Below, piece by piece: positions 1 to 10,639 of a stretch of DNA of 41,392 nucleotides (positions are counted from its first letter, which is position 1; every line of letters begins with the position of its first letter). The notes beneath the pieces are model-generated. The model was not told where the DNA came from and made no database searches. It saw only the letters and a program-made list of their open reading frames with translations. This DNA is from Perkinsus chesapeaki ATCC PRA-425 (lineage: Eukaryota > Protista > Perkinsozoa): assembly GCA_013115145.1 (NCBI GenBank), contig JAAPAO010000305.1, positions 1-41,392 of the forward strand. The letters are read 5' to 3'. The position numbers were made by a program, and so were the translations under genes.

Positions 1-90
1 TATCTTAATAGTATCCAACAACCCCTAGTAGAGTAGCCTAGTCATCACTTAACCCTTATTCCCTATCTTAATACTATCCAACAACCCCTA
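1..90. repeat. 27-bp direct repeat, 63-bp period
   Basis: tatcttaata(g/c)tatccaacaaccccta at 1-27 and 64-90, one mismatch. Confidence 0.8.
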
Positions 91-1630
91 TTCCTTACCT
101 CAATGCTCACTGGCATCAAGTCCACCGCAGTCGTCTCCGGTGTATCAATCGATAACTCTTTCAACTTTGGCGTCGTGACCTAACCAAAATCTCCGAATAT
201 GATTAGTTACTACCTTCGGGACTATCTCATCTTAAATTACCATTATACATCCTCCAGACTGGAGGCAGTATAATGTAAGTTTCGGCGGGCTCGAGCACGC
301 CAAAACTTCATTGGCTCGATTTCATTAAGATACGCTATGACGTTTCAAATTCACTCCGCTATATATTTCACATCTTGACCGATCACATGACATCTAAATT
401 CCTTATTTTCGCACGCATTGCCTTTCTTCATCTCCCCTGCCCTACAACACTGACCTTCCTCATTCGTCCCGAAAACTCGTCATCTTCGGCATCTCTCAAC
501 GAAGCTGGTCCAAAGCAGCCACAGAGATGGAGACGTCTTTTCATATTCACAAATAACAATATATTCTAAGCTTCCTTAAGTGAAAATACGTTATAAAGAG
601 ATATGACGTCAAATGATGGTAATACGAAATGGGCATAATTCGATTTTTTCGATCCCACCACCGCCACCGAAGTATCTCTTCACACGTCACGTTTCGAGAT
701 CCCTTAACGTTACATTAGCCACCTTCTTCCAACTATTGAAGAGCATCCATTGAAGGACAGCTGAAACGATCACTCTGACGGGCAGTACCTCTTCAATTTG
801 TTACATAATGGCTCACTCGCTAAATCGTCGTATCCCAGCATTCATAAAAATCCTTCAACCCAGCATGGAGCTAAGATTCTCCATAACCTGCACTGTTTCG
901 GTACATCCGAAATGAAAGGCTCTCGAATTGAAAGTAGCTATAAGGTATGTTAGTCTGGAGCAATTCTCTGCGCCACAAATACGTAAGAGATCTTCTCCCA
1001 ATACTTCCGGACTCAAGTCACAGTCGTTGACAAATGCCGTATTAAACAGAGAGAGTAGCAGAGATAACAGAGTGATCATCAGATACAATGAGCAACGGCG
1101 TGACGCCCTGCCTGACAAGGTAGCAATTTTCAGTAACCACTTCCAGGATTTGGCAATCAAAAGCCATCCTGGAGTTCCCTTTGCCTATCTTCGCAACCAA
1201 ATATGCTGCGACACAATCGAGCTGTCCCATTCTGTATAGAATTGCTTTTCCGACGTCCAAGACTGAATGCTCCTAGAGAGACGTACGACGTCGCGTCATG
1301 AAAATGCACTTCGTGAATCGCTTCGCTCCGCTAAAATCACATCTCGCTCGCCTCAGTGCGCACAATGTCTGGGCGATGAGCAACACACTAATGGCCGGAC
1401 GGTCCGTTTTCCCAATCCCCACAAGAGCTCCTTAGAAATTTGCCATTTTCCCAAGATGTGGTCGTAGTCTCATGAGCGCGGCCCACCAAAATATTGTGGT
1501 GAGTTCCGTGAGTTGAAAAATGTAGCTTATGTCTATAAGAAGCTCTACAGGCGACCGTAACTCCGGCAGATCCACAAGTACCTTCATCTTTTGCTGGCGT
1601 CCCCGACCTCGCAGTTAACGTTCCAGTATT

Positions 1631-3409
1631 ATGACGTCATACACCCGCGACCCCATCAGCAAGGCCGAGAGACACAGTCACTCCCTAGAGTGGTCTGACC
1701 TATCATTTGAAGTAAACCGCAAAACCCTACTCGGCAAGAGTCTCGGTATAAAGAAGATTCTCAAGAATGTGACCGGCTCCGCAGCACCCGGCGAAGTTGT
1801 GGCCATCATGGGACCTTCTGGCTCCGGCAAGACCTCCCTCTTGGACATCCTCGCGGACCGCGTCTCCTCCGGCAAAATCACAGGAGAGATTTGCCTCAAT
1901 AAAGTCACGCGTACGCCAATATCGTTTCGCGCGGTATCGGCCTACGTCGCCCAGGAGGACAGTCTCATGGGCTCATTTACTGTTCTCGAGACTCTACGCC
2001 AGAGCGCTCGCCTGGCGCTACCTAAGCGTGTGAGTCATGAAGAGAGAGAACGTCGGGTTCAACACGGTATCGATATTATGGGCCTTCGGTCCTGTGAACA
2101 CACCCTTATCGGTGACGTATTTCGTAAGGGCATCTCAGGCGGTCAAAAGCGCCGCGTGAGTGTCGCTATAGAGCTTCTCAAGATCCCTTCGGTCCTGCTC
2201 CTCGACGAACCGACATCTGGTCTGGACTCTGCCTCGGCCTTCAACATTATGGAGTATCTTAAGAAGCTCGCTCAAGAAGACCAATGCACTATCATCGTCA
2301 CCATTCACCAACCGAGCAGTGACATCTGGCAATCGCTCTCGAAAGTGTGTTTCCTGGTCGAGGGTAATGTGGTCTATTTCGGCCCTCCTGATAGAGTCCC
2401 CGAGTACTTCGCCGCTGCAGGCTACCCGGTACCGACTTTCACAAACCCAGCGGAGCACGTGATGAACCTGGTCAATACAGATTTCCCTGGTCACGGTGAT
2501 GTTCAAGGTCTCGTTGAACGCTACAGGAAAATCGAGAGCGAGCAAGCTGCGGCAAACATTAATGTTGATGAAGTACAACCATCACGAACTTTCACCGACA
2601 AGGAGATCTGGACCGCAGTGAGGCCGAGCAAACTACAGCAATTCTTCGCCTTATTGATAAGAAATTTCCAAAATAATGTCAGGAACCCCGGCATCTATTG
2701 GGTTCGTCTGGTCATGTACCTCATCCTGTCGTTCATGATAGGCACCATGTACATCCGCACCAACGACTCCCTCACACAAATGGACCAAGTACCGATGCTC
2801 TTCTATGTCCAGGCATTTCTAGTCTTCATGGCCGTCGCAGTTCTGCCCTTCTTTGACGAGATCCGGTCCGTATTCGCTCGAGAGCGTTCCAATTCCAACG
2901 TAAATGTCGCTGTCTTCGTCGCCGCCAACTTCCTGGCCTGTGTACCCGGTATCGCGCTCATCGCGTTGGTCTCTACCGCTATGGTCGTCGGCATCGCCGG
3001 ACTCCACTCGTTCGGCTGGTTCTATCTCAACCTATTCCTATCGATGGTTGTCTCCGAATCTCTGATGATGCTTCTAGGGGCAGCTACTCCCCACTACATC
3101 ATCGGGATCGCCTTAGGTGCTGGAATTTACGGAATGTTCATGTTGGTCTGCGGGTTCATGGTCCCGAGCGACCGCATTCCGCCTGGCTGGAAGTGGGTGC
3201 ACTACCTAGCCTTCCACACCTACGCATTTGGTGCCTTCATGTTTGCCGAGTTCGATGGTGAGCCCCCTCTCGGCGATGCCATTCTGGCCCAGTACAACCT
3301 CGAGGACACTGACCTCGGTCTCAACATGGTCGTCTTGGTCATTTGGACCGTCATTCTACAGATATCATTTTTCATCGCACTTTATTATCTTCATACTGGC
3401 CGGAGATAG
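1631..3409 (+). CDS. ABCG-family half transporter (NBD-TMD), intronless, 592 aa
   Basis: Walker A GPSGSGKT, Q-loop YVAQED, signature ISGGQKRRV, Walker B LLLDEPTSGLD, H-loop TIHQP, then a C-terminal multi-pass hydrophobic domain: ABCG/White topology. Confidence 0.95.
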   Translation: MTSYTRDPISKAERHSHSLEWSDLSFEVNRKTLLGKSLGIKKILKNVTGSAAPGEVVAIMGPSGSGKTSLLDILADRVSSGKITGEICLNKVTRTPISFRAVSAYVAQEDSLMGSFTVLETLRQSARLALPKRVSHEERERRVQHGIDIMGLRSCEHTLIGDVFRKGISGGQKRRVSVAIELLKIPSVLLLDEPTSGLDSASAFNIMEYLKKLAQEDQCTIIVTIHQPSSDIWQSLSKVCFLVEGNVVYFGPPDRVPEYFAAAGYPVPTFTNPAEHVMNLVNTDFPGHGDVQGLVERYRKIESEQAAANINVDEVQPSRTFTDKEIWTAVRPSKLQQFFALLIRNFQNNVRNPGIYWVRLVMYLILSFMIGTMYIRTNDSLTQMDQVPMLFYVQAFLVFMAVAVLPFFDEIRSVFARERSNSNVNVAVFVAANFLACVPGIALIALVSTAMVVGIAGLHSFGWFYLNLFLSMVVSESLMMLLGAATPHYIIGIALGAGIYGMFMLVCGFMVPSDRIPPGWKWVHYLAFHTYAFGAFMFAEFDGEPPLGDAILAQYNLEDTDLGLNMVVLVIWTVILQISFFIALYYLHTGRR

Positions 3410-3649
3410 ATTCCCACCGTAGCGGGAACTTAGCCGCTTTCCTGCTATGTGTCGCTCGGTGCTCTCAATGAAGCTTGTTGTTGGCTAGCACCTTCATTTG
3501 TTGTGTTGCAGCAGTTGAGCCATCGGACCAGTCACAGAGGGGACCGGTTTTACGAAGCTTTTCTCTATCAGATTTGGCGTGACATAACGCTACATCATTG
3601 ACGCTTTCGAGCCTTCAAAACACACCTTTGCCAGTCATTCTAATTGCCA

Positions 3650-5026
3650 ATGGCCTTCAATCCCTGGAAGGATCCATCTCAGTTCCCAGTACCCGCCAAA
3701 GCCATTGTCACCATCCTCGCAGGAGGTCTGGCCTCTGCTGTAGCTCTGAGGCTCGGCTACCACGTCTGCACCCGCTGGCTCTTCTATGATCGTCGTGCCA
3801 CTGCACTAGTTGATGGGTTTGCCAAACGACATCAAGAGCATATAAAACTTGTCGAGATAAGGCCGGGCCGTCGCATAGCTGTTTACGAGAACAAGTCGGC
3901 TGCGACGGGCGCGCCTGCATTGATCTTCATTCATGGTAGCTGCGCGCGAATGCAGCAATTCGAGGGTCAGATAGACTTCTTTGCCTCTCGTGGCTATCGA
4001 GTTCTCGCTCTGGACCTCTACGGTTGCGGTGCCAGTGACAAGCCGGATGACGCGAGCGCCTACCACACCGCACAACTCAAAAGCGACGTCGTGGCTTTCC
4101 TGGAGAAATTCTCAACACCAGGGAGCGTCGTCATTGGCCATTCCTATGGGGCCGCCATGGTCCTCGGCTTGTCCACGGATGAGTATCTGGTCAGCTGCCT
4201 CAGGCTCGCAGGCTTCGTTTGCATCTCGGTGCCCAACGCAAAGACTCTGGCGACTCGTGGCACTGTGTACCTTCGTGAGAAGTTCAACAAGCCTCGCTGG
4301 TGGCTGTGGCTCATTCGTCCGTGGGTGGGTCGCCAATTCAGAGCGATGTTGCTTGGTCCAACTGCAAGCGCTGATCTCTACCGGCAGGAGAAGGAGGCCA
4401 GCGCGAGGAACCCTGTTTATATGTACAAGGCATTCTACACCCAGTGGGATGCTGGGGCGCTGATCCCTAAGAATCACCAAGGAAGCCAGATTGATGGACT
4501 CTTCATTGTCGGCGAACTCGATAAGGTCGGCCTTGGACCAAAGATACTCTCGAATTCGCGTTGGCGGCCAGCGGAGATTCCGACTTACGTCCGCTGTACA
4601 ACACTTTTGCGTTTGCTGCCGATTTTGGCTCCATGCAGTTTTTCATGTTCAGGTCACCCCAGTCGAGTTCACGACAGCTTCAGTGGAAGAGGCCTCTAAG
4701 GGTCAACCAAACCGATCCTTCCAGGTAGAAGTTGTGAAGGACGCCGGGCACCAAGTAGGCGCCTCGTAGGGGCGGTGGTCGAGTTCTTAAACTCCATCGC
4801 GGACGCGCTACAGGATCACATTCATAGCAGAAAAAGTACCTCAAAAAGGGTAGACATGCTACCGGAACAAAACTTGCCGACCGACTGTCAACATATATCG
4901 TTCGTATCGTTGACGTGTTCCTGTATTGTTGGTTGTTCTACTTTCAAGGTCATGCAAGAGTTCCCGGCTACCGTCAACTCGAAGATATCTGACTTCTTAA
5001 AAGCGATCAACTTCACTCCTTTTTGA
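3650..5026 (+). CDS. Alpha/beta-fold hydrolase with N-terminal hydrophobic segment; exons 3650-4525, 4653-4754, 4949-5026
   Basis: IFIHGS oxyanion motif, ALDLYGCGASDKP, nucleophile GHSYG. Two phase-0 GT-AG introns join GELDK|VTPVE (catalytic Asp) and DAGHQ|VMQEFPATVNSKISDFL (catalytic His and final helix). Confidence 0.9.
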
Positions 5027-5473
5027 TTTAATAATATTCTCATGCTCAATACGACGCTGTTGTGTTTCCTAGTTGGATGCCTTGGCCTCGGGCAGCACCC
5101 ACAGGCCTCTTGCTATGTCGTATGGCAAAAATGCGCCCAATGAACATCGAAGGATCTGCCGTGCGCGACCGCTATGTCGGTGTTGTTTTGCACTTGCGCC
5201 CGTGAGGCTGTCGGTGACGCTTCGTCGATTCCACAACCGATGAGAGATTCTTCTCTTCATCGATGTTCACCTCAAGTACGCGACCCTCGAGTTTGTGCTG
5301 AGGGCAAGAACTGATCTTACTTAATCAACTCGAAACATAATTCAAAGAAAAGTTGCAGTTGCTAGAAGCAAAGGTACTATTTCACATGATATAGGGAGAG
5401 CAAGTCATCGATCCCGACTAGTGAGAGATACTGGGTACCGAGGGCATCGACGAGCGAGGTGATCGGATGGAGT

Positions 5474-6112
5474 TCAAGCCTGGGAAGAACTGAAGTTGTA
5501 ATTCTTCAAGGCGTTGAATATTCTTTCCAAAGCAGTTGGATGCTTAATCATACCCATGTTTACGATCCACGTTGGGAGTAGCCCTCTCGGATCGATTTGG
5601 TTGTAAAATGATATCATCTTTTCACCATCAACATCACGGATGATATAACCAGCATTATCGATGAAGCCTCTGCAATGAGATGCCAAGAACTTGTGCTCGG
5701 GATAGTCGTCTCGGTTCACCGACCGCAAAGCGATTACTCCAAGCGTGGGGGACAACATCTCAGTGAGGACGGCGTAGACGAAGTCGCGGCCTGACATTCC
5801 TACTTGCATTTTGTAAGCTGACCAGCAAAGCTTGAAATCCTGTGTGTCAGTCTTGAAGAAAGACTCGAGAACCTTCCCGTTCAGGAACTTTGCTTCCCAA
5901 GTCTCTTTGACCGACAAGTCGGTGATGAACTGCATTATCTGTTGAATGGTGTAGTCCTTACCAAAGCTCATCTTGCCGCACACCACTTGCCTCTCTGTGG
6001 AGGTTTGTGGTCTTACGAACAGCTCCACATTACCCGACCGGCCCTTCGACTTGAATCCCGGGTCCTTCTCAAAGGCCAGTAAGACCTTCTGGGCGTCTTT
6101 GATATCTTCCAT
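5474..6112 (-). CDS. Single START-domain lipid-transfer protein (copy 1), 212 aa
   Basis: START/SRPBCC hallmarks: ETW..KF, GRDFVY, RSV...YPE, RG.I...GYII, QIDPRGLLPTWIVN, C-terminal helix. Confidence 0.88.
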   Translation of the reverse strand: MEDIKDAQKVLLAFEKDPGFKSKGRSGNVELFVRPQTSTERQVVCGKMSFGKDYTIQQIMQFITDLSVKETWEAKFLNGKVLESFFKTDTQDFKLCWSAYKMQVGMSGRDFVYAVLTEMLSPTLGVIALRSVNRDDYPEHKFLASHCRGFIDNAGYIIRDVDGEKMISFYNQIDPRGLLPTWIVNMGMIKHPTALERIFNALKNYNFSSSQA

Positions 6113-6610
6113 TATGAATAAAATATCAAGGGATGCTGAACCAAAGACAATAGCTTGATCAAATGCAAACCTATCATAAGAGAATCAATCTCGACCGATA
6201 TACTAATACACTGTACTAATTCACGATGAACAACCCGGGATCCTCTCGCGAGTGCATCCTGTACGGAAAAATGTGTGCCACACACTGCGTGTCAGCAGGA
6301 TCAAAATGATAATCATTGAACCCTGTGGATTATCAGAATCCGATTTGACATTCATTCTGCTGTTGATGTCTCTACCCAGAGTTTGCTATATTGTATGTGA
6401 AATATATACATATCCCCATAACATGTATATATATTCCGCTCGGCCACGTGTAGCTGCGAGTCTTGCCTCACTCTACTTACGGCGCGCCGTGACCGTCACG
6501 GGCGTGGCGATTCTCTTGTCAAGTGCGCACGCGTTCGGTGAGTTATTCTCAGGACATTCGTTTTTGGTAAACCCTACAGTGACAATAACAGTATAGGTAT
6601 TAAACTCTCG

Positions 6611-6679
6611 CTCTGAAGCTGCACACGGAATGGATAGTCTAACTAAGCCAATTTTCGGCGTTGGACTATAAGCTCACAC
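6611..6679 (+). repeat. Left arm of a ~68-bp inverted repeat pair (partner 8995-9062)
   Basis: ctctgaagctgcacacggaatggatagtctaactaagccaattttcggcgttggactataagctcacac aligns to the reverse complement of 8995-9062 with about 7 differences. Confidence 0.85.
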
Positions 6680-6692
6680 ACACACACACACA
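6675..6692. repeat. (CA)9 microsatellite at the end of the left repeat arm
   Basis: cacacacacacacacaca seen directly. Confidence 0.9.
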
Positions 6693-7539
6693 TTCTCAGG
6701 AGCAGATTCGCTGGAGTCTTGTATCTTCGCTGTTGGTGAGACTTTGGCTTCACCCAAGTTACGCACCCCGTCTCCGAGGTGTCGAGCTATTGCACCTCTG
6801 AACTGTATTGCTTGCCCGCTAAGAACTACTTCGTATACCCCTAGGGGACTGTGTTACCAGAACCCGCCATCGTCGATCGGAGTATCGATCACGACTCGGC
6901 TCACATCGTCTGGTGGAGGCTCTCCGTCAGGTATGGGTACTGGTGCGATGGCAATTGGCTCAGGCTCTACTGCAAGCATTAAGGCCGAGGAGTTTTTTCC
7001 TCGACACCGGCCGAAAGGGCTTTGAGTGTGTGAGAGAAATGTCAGCATAAGACTGTCAGGAGAGAGCTATGCGCCCGGGCGCGAGCAACGGCACGGTGGG
7101 CTTCTCGAAGAGTCTTCGACGAAGACACAATCATGTCATTAATGGCAGAGCAAGTCCGACTAGGGGCAGGTCGCCGTTCCCTTACTCTAGAGCTTAGTGA
7201 CAGGGCCAGTTTCGTGCCGAGTCGGTGACAGCTGTGCAGTTTTCAAATTCAATGTCGTCATACATTCTAAGTTATTTCGGGGAGTAGTGGTACTGATTCT
7301 CTAGCGTGAGGGGTCGTAGAGGGGAGAGAACACATTTTGTGCGAGATGTTCTTCGTTTGACGAACGTTGAAAAACACTCGAAGAACTCAAAGCATCATTT
7401 CTGAAAAATTCCCTGCGGCTGAAAGCAATCAGCAATGACAGTTCGAAGCGGCAGACAGATAGTTACATCCGGCGTTCCCGAACAGCGAGAAATAATGGAG
7501 ATGCTAATGCCATCAGCTATCGAGTAGATTGGATGGACA

Positions 7540-8178
7540 TTAAGCCTGGGAAGAGCTGAAGTTGTACTTCTTCAAGGCGTTGAAGGTGTTCTCCATACTA
7601 GTTGGCTGCTTAATCTGAACCTTGTTAACGATCCACGTTGGGACTAGTCCACCGATGTCCAACTGATTATAATACGATAACATCTTTTCACCATCAACAT
7701 CACGGATGATATAACCAGCATTATCGATGAAGCCTCTGCAATGAGATGGCAAAAACTTGTGCTCGGGATAGTCGTCTCTGTTCACAGATCGAGTTACAAT
7801 CACTCCAAGGGTAGGGGACAACATCTCAGTGAGGACGGCATAGACGAAATCGCGGCCAGCAATTCCTAATTGCTTTTTGTAAGCTGCCCAGCAAAGCTTG
7901 AACTCCTGTGTGTCAGTCTTGGAGAAAGTCTCGAGCTCCTTGCCCACTTGGAATTGACTATCCCAAGTTTCCTTCACCGACAAGTCATTGATGAACTGCA
8001 TTATCTGTTGAATGGTGTAGTCCTTACCAAAGCTCATCTTGCCACACACCACTTGCCTCTCCGTGGAGGTTTGCGGTCTTACAGATAACTGTACGCTTCC
8101 AGACGAGCCCTTCGAAACGAAGGCTGGATCCTCCTCGAAGGCCAGTAAGACCTTTTGAGCGTCCTTGATATCTTCCAT
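7540..8178 (-). CDS. Single START-domain lipid-transfer protein (copy 2), 212 aa
   Basis: ATG at 8178 (MEDIKDAQKVLL). Same length, same start and same end (FSSSQA) as 5474-6112, with the same START motifs. Confidence 0.88.
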   Translation of the reverse strand: MEDIKDAQKVLLAFEEDPAFVSKGSSGSVQLSVRPQTSTERQVVCGKMSFGKDYTIQQIMQFINDLSVKETWDSQFQVGKELETFSKTDTQEFKLCWAAYKKQLGIAGRDFVYAVLTEMLSPTLGVIVTRSVNRDDYPEHKFLPSHCRGFIDNAGYIIRDVDGEKMLSYYNQLDIGGLVPTWIVNKVQIKQPTSMENTFNALKKYNFSSSQA

Positions 8179-8994
8179 TTTGAAAAATGCTAACAAATGC
8201 TATCAACAAACCAAGGCTGCGTTATGTTCCATAAAAAAGCGGTCTGCTTGTATAACGCAAATGCGGTAGGCGATCAAACAACAAACTTGCCCTTTAAGAA
8301 TTGCGCTATAGCAATCGAGTAGGAACGATACTGAGAACTGTTCTGACAGAACAGAGTAGTGTACACGCACTGGGGATATGAAGGTTTCATCATGAAACAA
8401 TTACTGTGGTTTCCACAGTGCGGATAGCTCTTACAGGCGCACTGAGAGCTAGCTCCGAGCAGCAACTTCCCATAAGCATAATATACGACCACTCCCTAGT
8501 CATAATACGACATACGATCATATGACACGCAACAAAACGGAGCAATTAATGGCACGCGTGATCATAGCACCGTCACCGGGCGGGCGAGATTCGAATATAG
8601 CAGCTCTGCAGCCTGTGGGACGCAGCCCAGTCCAAATATCATCGTTTCCAAAGGCCACGGAGTCCGAAAACAACGAAAGATACTGGGCCTCGAAAAAGAG
8701 CGACCGCGTAACGCTCATTTAAAATTCACCCGCCGATTTTGGGCGACGTGTGACGCGCATGGGGCGGCATGCGTGCCGCGCGCACATGTTTCCAATGCAT
8801 CGTCCCGTATTGTGCCCAGCGAATACGCACTGACATGATGATATGCTGTGGATTTGAAGGATGTGTATGGGTCCTACGCTGTGGGTCTAAATGACCAACC
8901 ATCACAGTTTGTGATTCACAAAATATTGACATCATTGAATGTTGTCAATATCATAACGCGAGCTGAATTGTGATTCATGAGTTCGTACGAGTAC

Positions 8995-9062
8995 GTGTGA
9001 GTTTATAGTCCAACGCCGCAATTGGTTTAGTTAGACTATCCATTCTATGTGCAGCTTCCGAG
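8995..9062 (-). repeat. Right arm of the ~68-bp inverted repeat pair
   Basis: gtgtgagtttatagtccaacgccgcaattggtttagttagactatccattctatgtgcagcttccgag is the reverse complement of 6611-6679, with a few differences. Confidence 0.85.
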
Positions 9063-10639
9063 TTCAGACGAGATTGAGGCTGAATCCTCAGTGTCACCGA
9101 CTTAGTGACTCGTTGACAGTGACCAGTGGTTGTTGTAGGATTCTGCGCAGTCTATGTGCATGCGTGCTAGAATAATCTATAGCTAAGAGGCCGGCGCGGT
9201 TGGTTATCGCCTGCCCTTGGTGTGTTCTTGGTTATCACTACTATCTCTAGCGTAAGATAACTATCCCTCAAGGTCCCTCCTGTTGTGTTAACGCATCTGA
9301 GCCTGTAGTCCTACATCAACTAACTACTTAACCGAACCCGATAACATGGTCACTGACCACTATTCAACTCCTCTGGCTTGAATATTCCATAAATGCTATG
9401 AACGTCACGGTTCACACTAGAAACAACTTGTATCATACAAGCTCCACCGGCGATAGTACATGACCTATAGAATAGGGCCTATACTGTACCATTGACTTCT
9501 AACAGACACAATCTGTCTCGATTTCCAACAGTTTGACAAGCTCCAACAGTGTTGGAGGTACCGGTCGTCGCAGTAATACTGTGACAGCACAAATATGAAA
9601 ATAACGAAGTCATCAGTTCTTCAGGGCTATTGTTTGAGTCTCAAACTTTGAGGACTTGAAGCTCTAAGGGTCGAACAAGATACACTGCGTAGTCCACGCG
9701 GCGTAGAGGATCAAACCGATGAGAGGTAATATTTGCCTGGCAATCGCTTACCCTATATGCAAGACGAGATACACGGATTGATGGAGTTTGGGTCATTTGG
9801 ATGCACGAATGAACATATCGGCCATAAACTATTGCGTGTGCAGATTAAGACGGGGGTGAACACAACACTCAACTTCAAGGTAAATAACCTGAAAAGAAAG
9901 CATTGCTTTCAAAGCAATTCAATGCAGCCGCATATTGCAGAGTCTGCAATGCAGACCGAGTGAAGAGTCGAAATGCCGAAGTGACGGGGATTATGGCCGG
10001 CCGCTAACTACCACGCGGGCAGGGCATGACGCACAAGGAATCCGGAAATGTCCACCGAGTCGGCGGGGGCGCCGACGAGCGGGAGCCGAAGGTATGATCA
10101 AAGCCATTGATACAGAGATGCAAACTCCGAGAGCTATCTGAACTTCAGATAATCGATAAAGATGAGTTTAACTTGACCTGCTCAAGTCACAGCCCCGCGC
10201 TGAATTTGATAACCCGCATGAATGCACAAGTATCTGAAGGCATGAATTCCGCAAGCCTCGGGCGCATGCCATCATCTGAATGGGCGAGCTCGACCGGGTC
10301 GAGTCGACCTGAAGGCGATTAATAGCTTGGTGGACAATCGTAATGTCCAGAGGATTATCCACTTCCACAGCGTTGCGTCTGATCACGTAAGCAGGCTCCC
10401 ACGGAGCCGAACGTCTATGTGAATGAGGATTTCAAAAGAATCATCATACTGCAACGCAACAAAATCGCCGTTGCTGGGAGACGTTCAGAACACGAGCCTT
10501 GCTCTGAAACTAATGTAAACAGTTCTCTCAGGAAAACAATAGAACAGCTGAACAAGAGATTGATACAAACTCCTTTAGAAGGACAAACATGCTGCAAAAG
10601 CTAATCCGGTTCGTTGACAATCCGCCGGTCGGGAAGGCA

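Noticed and set aside
855-1260. Minus-strand ORFs with a hydrophobic stretch
   Set aside because: No credible start, splice path or motif; could be an exon but unsupported.
1678-3422. Small ORFs overlapping the ABCG gene
   Set aside because: Antisense or alternate-frame shadows of a strongly supported CDS.
4526-4699. C-terminus of the 351-aa hydrolase ORF as listed
   Set aside because: It reads through intron 1; the catalytic His is only recovered by splicing.
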